Below are positions 26,195-40,748 of a DNA stretch of 64,000 nucleotides, piece by piece. This DNA comes from the human T2T-CHM13v2.0 reference genome, Homo sapiens. The position numbers and the translations under genes are program-made. How positions within the stretch are numbered: the first letter of the stretch is position 1; each line of letters starts with the position of its first letter. The notes below the pieces were generated by a model, which searched no databases, was not told where the DNA came from, and saw only the letters and a list, made by a program, of their open reading frames with translations. The stretch lies in NCBI RefSeq assembly GCF_009914755.1, contig NC_060944.1, one strand, 5' to 3'.

Positions 26195-27236
26195 AGGACA
26201 TTTTAGTTGAATGAAATTGAGACCTATCAGAGAGTTTTTATCACATGCATAACTTCATCTGACTGAACCTCTTAGAAGGACTACTCTGAGAAGAGTCAAA
26301 ACCCTAATCTGTAAGGCCATACAAGTGTAAGGGCCAGAATTGAAGCTGATTTTCTTCCTAAGTTTTATGCTATGTCCCCTCTGGCTCTAAATGTTCTGGA
26401 GCAATGAAAGGCTATTTCAAGTCTTTTTCCTTTCAATATGGTCTAGTAGTTTCTGTCTTTGCTCTGACATGAGAAGTCTCAATAGACATTTTATAGTATT
26501 GTTTTCACAATTCAAAAAATAATAATGAATATCAGTTAATATTGATGAGGCATAAGGTTTTACTATTTGCCTTGCACTGAACTAAGATTATAAATGTACC
26601 TTCTCATTCAATCCCCACAATGAAGCTCTGAGGCAGTCGTACAACTGTGATCCTGCTGTGCAGACAAGGATCTGAGACTTGGCAAGTTTCCTCACTCACC
26701 CTGATTCCCAGGGAACTCAACCACTTAAAAATTACCCAGAAGACCTGCCTTGGGATAGGAATAACCCTTCAAGCCACTCCTCACTGAAAAGTCTGCAAGT
26801 CCGTAAGACAGGGAACCAAGTCACACACTTCTTTTTAGTAACCTCTGTTCCTGGGACAGTGTCCTGCACATAGAAAATATCAACATATTTATGTTGAATG
26901 ATTGATTTATGTTAAGAACAACTTCTAGCCATGTTAAAACAGATCTCAGAAGCACCACATATTTCCTTAGAAGGTCATTCTAATTCCATTACAATCCACA
27001 GAGCAGTGTGTTCAATATGGAATTCCTAGATGCCATGAGTTAATGAAATTTCAAGTGGGTAATGAATTTACTTTTGCCAACCCACTAACGCATACTAGGT
27101 GGACTCAAATCACAACTCAGCCACTCCCTTCCATAAGTTATTTACCCAATCTGGGCCTCATTTTCTTCACTTGTATATAGAAATACTACTAAGGTTGCTG
27201 TGATTATTAAATGATCCGATGAATGCAATTTATCTA

Positions 27237-27543
<307 letters not shown>

Positions 27544-27721
27544 CCACAATGCCTCGTCTATTGTAGGTGCTCAAGAAATGTTACCTTTTATTACAGGGTA
27601 AGTTTAGAATTTCTTTTCTTAGCCCAGAGATGCTGAAGTAGATTTGAGTCAGACAGAGGTAAACTTTGCTGGGAGACAGAAAATCCACTGTCTTCTAGGC
27701 CTTCAGAAATATGTGCTATAA

Positions 27722-27892
27722 AGGTGCTGTATGATGGTGTAGCATCTGCCACTTGCCAGTTTCTGTAGTGTAAATACCTCCACCATGTTCAATTTCAAGT
27801 TACCAAGGTGATGTCACTTAACGTGGAGTTGGGAAGATGTGTGCACAATTGACTCTCACCGACTCTGTTCCAACTACTCCATTCACCACTAT
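27722..27892 (-). mobile_element. MER63 (hAT-Blackjack) fragment
   Basis: GTGTAAATACCTCCACCATG...TTTCAAGTTACCAAGGTGATGTCACT..ACGTGGAGTTGGGAAGATGTGTGCACAATTG. Confidence 0.8.
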
Positions 27893-28029
27893 TTTCCCTC
27901 CATGCTGGCCTCCTTTTTCCAGCTCGGAATGTGCCATCAGCCCAACAGGTACAGGCTTAGTCCCCTCTTTGCTCCATATAGAGACTTATCTTTACTACCT
28001 GCATAAACGAGGTGATTCTTACTTTATTT

Positions 28030-28250
28030 TTAAAAGCATTTATAAAATGCTCCAGTCTAGGCACTTCACATATATTAACTCATTTGCTCATCCTTTGAGA
28101 TTATGAGACTATTACTCCTACTTGATGGAAGAAGAAACCGAAAGCCAAAGAGGTTAAGTAACTTGCCTAGGGTCACACAGCTAGTAAATGGCAGAGCCAA
28201 AATTCAAATTAAGTGGCTTGGCTCTGAGTTCATTCTCATATCCACTCTCC
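28030..28250 (-). mobile_element. MIR SINE
   Basis: AGAGGTTAAGTAACTTGCCTAGGGTCACACAGCTAGTAAATGGCAGAGCC. Confidence 0.88.
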
Positions 28251-30134
28251 TGGCCAGACACAGAACTGTGGTGGGTCTGAGCCAGGTCATTGCCCAGAAA
28301 GAAAAGCTAGAGAATCCTACTGGTCACTCTCAAACCCCTTTGCTGGGCTAGGACCAGCCTAGCAGTATTTTTGCTGCATGTTTCCTACTTCTGTAAACTC
28401 ATTCTATTCTGAGTTGGTTGTATGCCAGTCAGCATTAGCAGGAGCCTAGAAAGTGCCTCATTCTCTTCTCCTTTTGGGGAACTTATCTGATCACTGTATC
28501 AATCCTCCTCTATGAGTACAGGAGTGAAGACACTGCGGGGAGCCAGCAGCCAAGTGCTGCACTGTGACAAGAGAGCCTGGGGTGCCTGGGACTGAGGCTC
28601 TTTGATAAATATTGCTTTTGCATTTCCCATAGAAGGTGCAATTCCCAAGTCTTCCTGAGCTCGCCTTTCACAGGCCGGAGCAGCACCCCTGCTACGTCTG
28701 GGACTAGGTTTCCAAAGGTTGTTCTGGCAGCCAGAGCACAACAGCTGCTCAGCAATGAGATGATCCCGCAGCCCCAGAGGAGGAGGGGTACGGTGAGCCC
28801 TGCTGCCCTGTGCCAAGCCCAGCACCCACCAGCTGCCTCTCTTCTGCTTCCATTGGAGCAGGAAAGCATTAACCCTATCAGCACCAGTGGGCAAAGGCTT
28901 GGAAGAGGAGCAGGGTTTCTGGAGGTTAAGTTGCTTGTAATCACATAGCTAGGAGCTCAGATTCATCCACACCCTTTTCACTCCTAGAATGTTTAACTTT
29001 TGTTCTGTCTTCTCTGGTCATGAAGCCACTCTGCTGAGCATTCTTTTCTCATCTTGTTTCGATACTATTCTTCCTTTTCTTTTAGCCAGCAGCCTGCAAG
29101 CCATAGTCATTTGCAATGCAGTCTAACCAGTAAGTTATAAAAAAAGAAAAAAACACACATAATAGCAAGTTAAGTGGATTCTAACATTTAGAGGAATCTA
29201 TAATGATTAGAAAGCCCCTTATTATGTCACTTCTCTATCTTCACATGGAGTCATTAGCATTCTTGGCCACCACAAAGCATGAGCAGAAACTCAGTGAAAC
29301 TCCTGCTGCTTGACAGAGAGAGGAATGCTTCATCCCAGATATTCATACTATACCAAAGGATGGAATGGAGACTTCTGGATTCCTACCTCCGAGATCCAGT
29401 GCGACATAAGCCATTTGGGGCGGGGCCTGGATCCCTAAGGACAAGAAGCTTTTAAGCCAAGCAGAAAACAAACAAAACAAAACACAACAACACAGACACA
29501 GATGCAGACATGAATAAATAAAGCAGACAAATCCACATATGGGAAGGCTCCCCATCCTGTTCCCGGGAGGCAGGCTCCCTGAGGCCTTACAGATGTCGGA
29601 GCAGAATCTACTTACATGTTCCAAATTGTGCATACCCAGTGCCCACTGTTACTCTCAGAAAATTGGAGTGGAAAAGGAGAAACATCTTTCACTTGAAAAA
29701 CAAAAGACGTCCCCCACCCAAATACCAACATGGCTGTGATTTCACCATCATTACACTGAGATTTGCCCCAGTGGGGCTTTTTAATAATTATTCCAGCTGT
29801 TGGCTGAGTTGAGAATTTGCACAGCCTCAGTGGAGGTATAACCAGGCTGGCCTGGTCCCGGGCCATAAAGAGAAGTGACATAAGACTAAATTACCTAGTG
29901 GGTTTGGGGGAAGTGGGGAAAGAGACAGATAATTAATCAGGAATCGACAAGATGTCTTCAAAAACCTGTGTCTCGGCCTTTATGAAGTCCTTGTTCACAC
30001 AATCTTGGAGAATATACATTTATAAATATAAGCAGCACTGATTTTTCAAATAATTGCCAGCTGTTAGTTTTCTAAAATTAATTGCAATTTTTAATGGCAA
30101 AAAAATTAGGTTTATTTGGTAGGAAAATAGGAAG

Positions 30135-30429
30135 TTTTTTTTTTTTTTTGAGACGGAATCTCGCTCTGTTGCCCAGGCTGTAGTGCAGTGGCATAATCTC
30201 AGCTCACTGTAACCTCCACCTCCCAGGTTCAAGTGATTCTCCTGCCTCAGCCTCTTGAGTAGCTGGGATTACAGGTGCATGCCATCACATCCAGCTAATT
30301 TTTGTATTTTTAGTAGAGACGGGGTTTCACCATGTTGGCCAGGCTGGTCTCGAACTCCTGACCTCATGCTCCACCCACCTTGGCCTCCCAAAGTGCTGGG
30401 ATTACAGGCATGAACCACCACACCCAGCC
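30135..30429 (-). mobile_element. AluS (Sg-like)
   Basis: Full dimer with T-tail; TSD-like AAATAGGAAGTTT / AAAAGGAAGTTT. Confidence 0.92.
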
Positions 30430-31492
30430 AAAAAAAGGAAGTTTATAAAAGAGAAAAATATATTTTTCTGCACAATGATGATTTGATATTTGTGTTTTCC
30501 ATTGAGTTTGTATGTATGTGAACATATACTGTAAATAATTGTAAATGCAATTTGTATTCTATATTTCATTGCCTTTTTCATTCATTTTACTTCACAGTTT
30601 ACATATTTTTCACCTATTTGGAGTCTTCAGAGTGACCAGTGTTTAATTGATACATATTTTTCCAGTTAGTGAAAATTCCACCATTCCAGCCATTCTCTTG
30701 TAATCAAATTTTTAGGTTCTGTCCGTGAACCATATGTTCTTATGAATTCAAGTTTTGGTTCTGGTGAATTATTTTCTTGGGACAAATTCCATTGAGAAAA
30801 ATGACTGAATAAAATAAAACTAATTCTGTGACTTTTGTTACATGTTGTCATGCTGCTTCCCATAAAGGCTTGCATGGGTTTTAAAGCAAGGTCACCATAA
30901 GAATAAATAGACAAAACTTACAAAAATTTTGTCAGCTCTGGACATCACTGTTTTTTTAAATTTGTTTTTATTTTAGGCACATTTAAAATCTTCTCCAGTT
31001 CTTACTCTTTATGATATCGAATATGATACTCATTAAAATAATTTTTTAAAAAAACAACTTTCATTACATTTTACTCTAGGAAAACAAATCCGCTTTATTT
31101 TAGAAATTCCAAAGAATTCCATCCAGATACAATGTAATTCATACCAAGCTGGAAGAGGGTGCTTGAAATTAAAGACTATATTTTCTGGTAGGGTGGGGCG
31201 TAATGCCACTTGTTAAAAGATAATTGCTGTGTTGTAAAACGTCAGCTAGGCACTTCTGAAGAACAGACCCCTTAATCTGAAGAGACCGGGCGTGGTTCTC
31301 TAAATGTGGAAACATTTTCAAAAAAAATCAACAAAAGAACATCTCTCTGGCTGCTTGGGGTTGCTTTCTCAAAGGCAGACTATGATTCTGGCAAGATAAT
31401 GAGACTTAGAGTTTTAGGGCCCCGGATACTCTATATACATACCACCATTAAAGCTACTGCTTCTTCTGCTAATAATATTAATAATAATAATA

Positions 31493-32436
31493 GTTACTCT
31501 AGAGAGATAAGAAAAACCCAAAGTGTTTTTTTCCTATTCACATTCACCACTCAACACAACACTTCTGATATTAGATGTGTGGAGTTCTGGGGGGAAAAAT
31601 ACATCAACCAAGCAATTTTGCATAGACTCCCAAGTGGGTGTCTTCTAATTCAAGTCAATTTTGACACTATATACCCAGAGATACCATCAAATCCCACAAG
31701 CGTGGGCTCAGTCAGTCCCACAAGATTGATCCCCACTTCAGATTCCAGTCACACATAGTAGGTTTTCACCTATATTTCTGACCCATCAGCTATAAGTTGG
31801 GGGTTCGTTCCCATGACCCCCTTCTCAGGCTTGGTTAATTTGCTAGAGCAACTCTCAGAACTCAGGGAAACATTTGACTTATGTTTACACATTTGTTATA
31901 AAAGCTATTAGAAAGGATACAGGTGAGCAACCAGATGGGAGGGATGCACAGGGAGAGGTCTAGAAGAAGGGACATGGCTCCCCCATCCCCTCTCTAGGTG
32001 CCACCCTCTAGGCACCTCCATGTGTCCAGGTATCTGGGCAGCTGAACCATAGTTCAGGGATTTTTATGGAGGCTTCACCACACAGGCATGATCGACTATT
32101 AAGTCCATTTCTAGCCCCTTGCCTCCCTCTGGAGAATGGGAATGGAGGCTGTAAGCCCCAAACTTCTAATCCTGGCTTGGGCTTTCTGTTGAACAGCCCC
32201 CATCCAGGAGCCCAGAAATAGTACCCTCATTAGAAAGAAAATACTCCTATCACCCAGAAAACACCAAGGGATTTAAGAACTCTGTGTCAGGAACTGGGAT
32301 CAAAGACAAAATACTAGAACAAAAGATTGTCCTAGCACCACTATTGCTTAGGAAATTATAAGAGTTTTAGAAGCTCTATGCCAAGAACTGTAGTCAGAGA
32401 CCAAATATCTATTTCTTATTATATTACAATATCATA
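31493..32436 (-). mobile_element. MER21 (ERVL) solo LTR inserted into a MIR
   Basis: CAACACTTCTGA...TAATTCAAGTCAATTTTGACACTAT...TTAATTTGCTAGAGCAACTCTCAGAACTCAGGGAAACA...TATTTCTTATTATATTACAATATCA; the MIR (minus) resumes at 32437-32620. Confidence 0.85.
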
Positions 32437-33566
32437 GCTAATATTTATTGAGTTCTCACTATATGCTAAAGAGTGTGCTAAGCACTCCAGTATAAATGAT
32501 CTCACTTAGTCCTCATAACATTATTATGCTCACTTGAAGAGTGATGAAACAAAAGCACATAGGCTTAGAAACTTGCTCGGGCCACACAGCCCATTCATGG
32601 ACACAAACCTAGGATATATGAAAATAGGCTTTGATTTCCGCAGCCACACTGTGGTTTATCTCTTTTGGTAAACTTTCAGTTAATAGCTCCATTTTTACTT
32701 CCCCAGAAACTTGTAACAAATCCATATGTTGGGGATAAGGTGGAGTGCCATGGTGTCTTATACACATCCTCCATCTTTATTAGCCAACTGTGAACTTAGC
32801 ACCAGCCCTGGGCATCTCAGGCGTGTCCTCTGTCAAAAGGAGACTTCATTCACCTGGGCATTCCTTCAGTCTCTGGGGCAGGTTTTGGCTCCTTTCTCCA
32901 TTTGAAATTATTTGACTTGGTATCCAATTTTAAGTTTAAAGCTTTCTTTTCATTGACTCTTTCAGAAAAGCCATCGGATCCCTTTGCGAAAGGAAAAACT
33001 TCTAGTGGCTCAACTGAGCATACTTGGTTTCTTCCCAATAGCACGTTTATGAGAGTGTCTTCCTGAGAGCTTCATGATAAATACTATCATCAAATAGTAG
33101 CCAAGGACTAAGGTCCAATTCAAACTCTACCCTTCCACCAACTGGCCCACATGAGCATATGTTCCTGGTACAGCACTAACCTTAGAACAATCATTTATCT
33201 AACCATTTATCTCTCTTTCCATTTCCTGGCCATAAGAGTATGAGAAGTCATGCTATATTTTTAGGAAATGTTACAAATATATTTATTAGACTAAGGAAGT
33301 TCTTGAATAAAGCCATCACAACTTATGTTGGATGAAAATGTAAGAGAACATGTCAAATATATCAAGTTCAATACACTTTTAGTTTTGTTTTGTTTCATTC
33401 TTTTTCCAGATAAATGAAAATTTAGAAATTTATTACATCAGAGCTACAATTCAAGGGCCTGTGGAAGATAACTTTTCCCACCAAGTGCTTATTTCAGTCA
33501 AATGTACATGACCATAACATTATACTTTAAAAGGCCAAAGAAAAAATAACTTAATTTCCTCGTACC

Positions 33567-33735
33567 AGTATTTTTCAATATGGGGTCAGTGCAGCAAAAT
33601 TCATTGGGTATCTGGCTAAGTGCCAATTCCTGGTCTTATTCCAGGCATATCAAAGCAGAATTTCTGGAATGGAGGCTTAAGAACCTTAGATTTTGTTTCC
33701 CTTAGTTAATCTTATTGACCATTATTCACTGCTCT
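33567..33735. mobile_element. MER5-like DNA transposon
   Basis: CAGTATTTTTCAA...GCCAATTCCTGGTC...AGCAGAATTTCTGGAATGGAGGC...CACTGCTCTA. Confidence 0.5.
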
Positions 33736-34514
33736 AGCATCTCCCCTCATGTTGCAGGCTCAGAGGAACTGCATACAAAACTCAAGTGCCAGAAACAATG
33801 GAAGCTGACCTGGTATCAATGCTTCTCCTAAAATGTGGGAAGATTTCTGCCCCACTCTAGGCCCTTCTGTCTTTCCAACACTTTCTGTAAAATTCACGTA
33901 AGTCAGGAGAATTTCTGAGTAGATTAACTATGACACAAAAGACTTCTAGGTGGCCGAACCTACCATAGAATAAATGATTTTATGAAACATTTTATGAATG
34001 ATCTCAAACACCCCTGCTGATCCTCTCTAGGAATGAAAATGAAGGGATGATAAGAATTTAACCAGTAGTCCTGAGAGAACCACTGCTGACAGAGAGATGC
34101 AGGGTGGAAGAGAGGTTAGATAAAATTTTAAAAACACCTGCCTGACTCTGTGGAAGGAACAGCAAGTCACTTCTAATCCCTGGAGTTATGCTGCCTCATA
34201 GGGAAGTAGAGTTGGATTTTAAATGAGAATTTTATGAGACATTCTTGATCTCATATATTCTATACTAGGACCCCTTTATTGTACTAAGGCCTATTAGGTC
34301 ATGGGTACCAATTATTTGTTTAGAAAACATCACCACAGTAATTACAAGAGATCCTTGAGCTCTTTGATTTGTTCGGGCTTTGTTTTAGAGGCATGCGAGG
34401 CAAGAACATTATTGTAATTCCTTAAGTGAGAAATCCTGCCTTTCTTCTATGCATCTAGTTTCCAATCCCATTGTAAGGATGTGAAATAATCAAAATCAAC
34501 AGCACCTTTGATTA

Positions 34515-34830
34515 GTCACTCATTTATCCTTGAATTCACTCATTTGCCAAATTCTTATTGATTACCTCCTATATGGATCACAAAAATTCTCCTCATTGTT
34601 GGGGAAAAAAATGTAACCAACAGGTGCAGTCCCTGCCTACATGGAGCGTATGGTCTGAAGAGGGAGTATATAAGTAAATAGGCAAATTTAATATGGAATG
34701 AGTGCTATGATAGGATTAAGTCTCAATGAAAGGGAGCCAACTATGAGAACAAAGAAAGGGAGAGCTAGAGACAGGAGACTTGTCAGGGGTCTTTGGCAAC
34801 CATCCAGGTGAGAGTGGCACCAGTGAGCAT
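34515..34830 (-). mobile_element. L2 fragment
   Basis: CAGTCCCTGCCTACATGGAGCGTATGGTCT...CAACCATCCAGGTGAGAG. Confidence 0.6.
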
Positions 34831-35089
34831 GAAGAACCATTGATTTCCTTTGATGTTTTTTTGCTCATTTTTCTTTCTAAATATTGGAGATTAGGCAGAG
34901 CCTAATCACTCACCTCTGTTAATGGCTTCTAACCAATTAATCAGTGTACATAAGCCAGATGTGAACCAAAATACATCATGCGCTAGTAAAGCTGGGCTTC
35001 CTCTCTTTCACTCCAGTTTGAACTTATCCACTCAGCTCTAGGGCAGGCAGTCAAAAACAGAAGGAGTCTTCTAAAGAGGAGTCACATCC

Positions 35090-35558
35090 AACCCTGTATT
35101 ATGGCCACAGTTTTCCATGCCCCCTGTGTTCATGCACCTTGGTTGTGTCCTCATAGAAGACTCTGGGCTTGGCCTTACATTCTGCATTGACCAACAGGAT
35201 GTGCAGGAAATGACATTGGATCTGCACGCAGCCGCAGGAAGACTTGTGCTCTTTTTTTTAACACTCCTTTGAAACCTCAGGTACTTTGTAAAGAAGCCTG
35301 GGCTACATTGGTGGAGGATAAGAAACCAAGAGGAAAAGAGCCAAGTTGTCCTATCCAAGGTCATCCCAACCATGTGAAACAGTCCAGCCAAGATGAGAAG
35401 AGGTGTTTACCACAGTTGGCAACCAATGTATCAGTGAGCAGAGATGAAATCAGAAGATCCATCTACTTGACCCATATACTTGTGAATGATAAATGCTATT
35501 GTTTTAAGCCACTGAGTTTTGATGTGGTTTGTCACACAGCAATATCTAGATGATATAT
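35090..35558 (+). mobile_element. MLT1 (F/H-type) LTR
   Basis: Ends AATGCTATTGTTTTAAGCCACTGAGTTTTGATGTGGTTTGTCACACAGCAATA, the MLT1 3' signature. Confidence 0.8.
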
Positions 35559-36887
35559 TTCCTGAGATCTAAGAGATTCAAGATACAGAGACAAGACAAA
35601 GAAGAACTGGTACTGCTATTTTATGACTGTAACTTTGTGGCTTATATTACTATGGCCAAGTTCCCATAAGGTTCTCTCTGGTTTAATCAACCATCAAAAA
35701 GAATAAAAGAAATCAGAGAGAGAGAGGTCACATATTTCCTCTGACACTTCTTGAGCCAGGATCTGAAAAAAGTCTTACCTGGAGGAAGAACTTCTTTCTT
35801 CTGTGTACCTAAGTCATTCACCACCATAATTGCATTCTTAGTCTCCTTGTGAATAACCCATTAACTCAGATAAACCACTCTTTAGTGAATATAATAAACT
35901 CATTTAAGAGCTGTGCATTGGCTAGGACAAAAAGAAAAAAAATAACAATAACACAGAAAGTTAACCAAAGCTTAACTAACAGACTTTTCATCTTATTTCT
36001 TTATTTCTCTCCTAAAACAGTACCCATGCTTGAGTGTAACAAAATATATATAAAAACAAGCTGTCAGGCTTCTGACACAGTAGATGCCTAGAGGCAAATA
36101 TTTCTGCTAAAAGTTTTGATGGAGCCCTGGGGAGAGGAGGAAAGGGTCCCAAGCTGAGAGGGATTGGCAGCTGGCTGGGAGCGCAACCTGACGCTCCCTT
36201 CCCATTTCACAAAGAAGGTTTTGTTTGGATTGTGGGGCATGGTGAGTGACTCCTTAGCACCATGGGGTTATGCTGGGTCCTGGGGGAACATCTGGGCTGC
36301 CATTTCAAGCAAGGCTGAAACTCTATCCTGGCCAGAGCTGCTCCAATGAATCAGGTGTAGGTGTATTTTTCCAGGATGTTCAAAACCACATCTTACCCAG
36401 AGAAACAGGGTTTTGTCCATAGAAGCCTCATTCTAAAGGGCAAGCAATCCTCCTTGGTCCCCATGAAGGGTATGTTTACTGAGGCTTCATGCCCAAAGAA
36501 TCAAATCCAATAACTGAAAGTATGACCTCCACACATGCTTTTCAAAGTATGTTAGGAACCCTCACCAATAAAATCTCTATTCTCACTCCATGCCATTCCC
36601 ACCTTGTGTTTATAACACAGTTTCAAAAGATCGATCCCTCATTTGGAGCTGAAAGGTTGCATTTTTTTTATTTTAAGTTCTGGGATACAAGTGAAGAACA
36701 TGTATGTTTGTTACATAGATATACATGTGCCATGGTGGTTTGCTGTGCCTATCAACCCATCATCTTGGTTTTTAAGCCCCACTTGCATTAGCTATTTGTC
36801 CTAATGCTCTCCCTCCCCTCGCCCTCCACCTCCCAACTGGCCCCAGTGTGTGTTGTTCCCCTCCCTATGTCCATGTGTTCTCATTAT

Positions 36888-39800
36888 TCAACTCCAACTT
36901 ATGAGTGAGAACATGCAGTGTTTGGTTTTTTATTTCTATATTAGTTTGCTGAAGATGATGACATTCAGCTTCATCCATGTCCCTGCAAAAGACATGATCT
37001 CATTCTTTTTTATGGCTGCATAGTATTTCATGGTGTATATGTACCACATTTTCTTTATCCGATCTATCACTGATGGGCATTTGGGTCCGTTCCGTGTCTT
37101 TGCTATTGTAAATAGTGCTGCAATAAATATACATATGCAAGTGTCTTTATAGTAGAAAGATTTATATTCCTTTGGGTAAATACACAGTAAAGGGATTGCT
37201 GGGTCAAATGGTATTTCTGATTCTAGATCCTTGAGGAATTGTCACACCATCTTCCACAATGGTTGAACTAATTTACATTCCCACCAAAAGTGTAAAAGCA
37301 TTCCTATTTCTCCACAGCCTCACCAGCAGCTATTGTTTCTTGACTTTTTAATAATCACCATTCTGACCGGCATGAGATGGTATCTCATCATGGTTTTGAT
37401 TTGCATTTCTCTAATATCAGTTATGTTGAGCTTTTTTTCATATGTTTGTCGGCTGCATAAATGTCTTCTTTTGAGAAATGTCTGTTCATATCCTTTGCCC
37501 ATTTTTTGATGGGGTTGTTTGTTTTTTCTCGTAAATTTGTTTGATTCTGGATACTAGACCTTTGTCAGAGGGGTAGATTGCAAAATTTTTCTCCCATTCT
37601 GTAGGTTGCATGTTCACTCTGATGCTAGTTTCTTTTGCTGTGCAGAAGCTCTTTAGTTTAATTAGATCCCATTTGTCAATTTTCGCTTTTGTTGCAATTG
37701 CTTTTGGCATCTTCGTCATGAAATCTTTGCCCATGCCTATGTCCTGAATGGTATTGCCTAGGTTTTCTTCTAGGGTTTTTATGGCTTTGGTTTTTACATT
37801 TATGTCTCTAATCCATCTTGAGTTAATTTTTGTATAAGGTGTGAGGAAGGGGTCCAGTTTCAGTTTTCTGAATATGGCTAGCCAGTTTTCCCAGCACCAT
37901 TTATTAAATAGGGAATTTTTTCCCCATTGCTTGTTTACCAAAGATCAGATGGTTGTAGATGTGTGGTGTTATTTCTGAGGTCTCTGTTCTGTTACATTGG
38001 TCTATATGCCTGTTTTGGTATCAGTACCATGCTGTTTTGGTTATTGTAGTCTTGTGGCATAGTTTGAAGTCAGGTAGCTTGATGCCTCCAGCTTTGTTCT
38101 TTTTGCTTAGAATTGTCTTGGCTATACATGCTCTTTTTTGGTCCCCTGTGAAATTTAAAGTAGTTTTTTATAATTCTGTGAAGACTGTCAATGGTAGTTT
38201 GATGGGAATAGCATTGAATCTATAAATTACTTTGGCCAGTATGGCCATTTTCATGATATTGCTTCTTCCTAGTTATGAGGATGGAATGTTTTTCCATTTG
38301 TTTGTGTCCTCTCTTATTTTCTTGAGCAGTGGTTTCCAGCTCTCCTTGAAGAGGTCCTTCACATCTCTTGTTAGCTCTATTCCTAGGTATTTTATTCTCT
38401 TTGTGGCAATCGTGAATGGGAGTTCACTCACGATTTGGCTCTCTGCTTGTCTATTGTTGGTGAATAGGTATCCTTGTGATTTTTGCACATTGATTTTGTA
38501 TCCTGAGACTACACTGAAGCTGCTTATCAGCTTAAGGAGTTTTTTGGCTGAGACTATGGAGTTTTCTAAATATAGAAACAGGTCATCTGCAAATAGAGAC
38601 AATTTGACTTCCTCTCTTCCTATTTAAACACTTTTTCTCTTGCCTTATTGGCCTGGCCAGAACTTCCAATACTATGTTGAATAGGAGTAGTGAGAGAGGT
38701 TATCCTTGTCTTGTGCCAGTTTTTTAAGGGAATGCTTCCAGCTCTTGCCCATTCAGTATGATATTGGCTGTGGGTTGCCATAAATAGCTCTTATTATTTT
38801 GAGATATATTCCATCAATACTTAGTTTATTGAGAGCTTTTAACATGAAGCCATGTTGAATTTTATTGAAGGCCTTTTCTGCATCTATTGAGATGATTATG
38901 GGGTTTTTGTCACTGGTTCTGTTTATGTGATGGATTACATTTATTGATTTGCATATATTGAACCAGCCTTGCATCCCAGGGATGAAGCCAACTTGATTAT
39001 GGTGAATAAGCTTTTTGATGTGGTGGTAGATTCAGTTTGCCAGTATTTTATTGAGGATTTTTGCATCAATGTTCATCAGGGATATTGGCCTGAAGTGTTC
39101 ATTTTTGTTGTTGTGTCTCTGCCAGGTTTTGGTATCAGGATGAAGCTGGCCTCATAAAATGAGTTAGGGAAGATTCCTTCTTTTTCTATTGATTGGATAG
39201 TTTCAGAAGAAATGGTACCAGTTTCTCTTTGTACCTCTGGCTGAATTCAACTGTGAATCTCTCTGGTCCTGGGCTTTTCTTTAGTTGGTAGGATATTAAT
39301 TACTGCCTCAATTTCAGAACTTGTTATTTGTCTATTCAGGTATTTGACTTCTTCCTGGTTTAGTGTGGGAGGGTGTATGTGTCCATGAATGTATCTATTT
39401 CTTCTAGATTTTCTAGTTTATTTGCATAGAGGTGTTTATAGTATTCTCTGATTGTAGTTTGTATTTCTATGGTGTCAGTGGCGATATCCCCTTTATCATT
39501 GTTTATTGTGTTTATTTGATTCTTCTCTCTTTTCTTGTTTATTAGTCTAGCTAGCAATCTATCTATTTTGTTAATTTTTTCAAAAAACCAACTTCAGGGT
39601 TCATTTATTTTTTGAAGGATTTTTTGTGTCTCTGTCTCCTTCGGTTCTGCTCTAATCTTAGCTATTTCTTGTCTTCTGCTAGCTTTTGGATTTGTTTGCT
39701 CTTGCTTCTCTAGCTCTTTTAATTGTAATGTTAGGGAATTGATTTGAGATAGTTCTAGCTTTCTTATGTGAGCATTTAATGCTACAAATTTCCCTCTTAA

Positions 39801-40685
39801 CACTGCTTTAGCTCTGTCCCAGAGATTCTGGTATGTTGTCTCTTTGTTCTCATTGATTTCAAAGAACTTCTTGATTTCCTCCTTAATTTCATCATTTACC
39901 TAGGAGTCATTCAGGAGCAGGTTGTTCAATTTCCATGTAGTTGTGTGGTTTTGAGTGAGTTTCTCAATCCGAGTTCTAATTTTACTGCACTGTGGTCTGA
40001 GAGATTGTTTGTTATGATTTCAGTTCTTTTGCATTTGCTAAGGAGTGTTTTACTTCCAATTATGTGGTCAATTTTAGAATAAGTGCCATGTGGCACTGAG
40101 AAGAAAGTATATTCTGTTGACTTTGGGTGGAGAGGTCTGTAGAAATCTACTAGGTTCACTTGATCCAGAGCTGAGTTCAAGTCCTGAATATCTTCGTTAA
40201 TTTTCTCTCTTGTTGATCTGTCTAATATTGACAGTGGGGTGTAAAAGTCTCCCACTATTATTGTGTGAGAGTCTAAGTCTCTTTGTAGGTCTCTAAGAAT
40301 TTGCTTTATGAATCTGGGTTCTCCTGAATTGAGTGTATGCATATTTAGGATAGTTAGCTATTTTTGTTGAATTGATCCCTTTACCATTATATAATGCTCT
40401 TCTTTGTCTTTTTTGATCTTTGTTGGTTAAAGTCTGTTTTGTCAGAGACTAGGATTACAACCCCTGCTTTTTTTTTTTTTGCTTTCCACTTGCTTGGTAT
40501 ATTTTCCTTCATCTCTTTATTTTGAGCCTATGTGTATCTTTGCACATGAGATGGGTCTCCTGAATACAACACACTGATGGGTCTTCACTCTTTATCTAAT
40601 TTTCCAGTCTGTGTCTTTTAATTGGGGCATTTATCCCATTTACATTTCAGGTTAATATTGTTATGTGTGAACTTGATTCTGTCAT
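36888..40685 (-). pseudogene. Disrupted L1 ORF2 (EN/RT/Cys-rich)
   Basis: ORF fragments at 39926-40342 (EN: IIVGDFYTPL, SDH), 38753-38974 ([15 protein letters not shown]), 38273-38602 (LFADDL) and 37486-37941; multiple frameshifts and stops. Confidence 0.9.
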
Positions 40686-40748
40686 CATGATGCTATCTGG
40701 TTATTTTGCACACTAGTTGATGCATTTTCTTCATGCTGTTGTTGGTCT

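Noticed and set aside
29405-29435. GC box (GGGGCGGGGC) next to GCCATTT as a promoter
   Set aside because: Isolated motifs with no CpG island or downstream exon structure.
31306-31758. 150-aa ORF
   Set aside because: Non-ATG start, runs through an (AAT)n MIR end into the MER21 LTR, and shows no homology.
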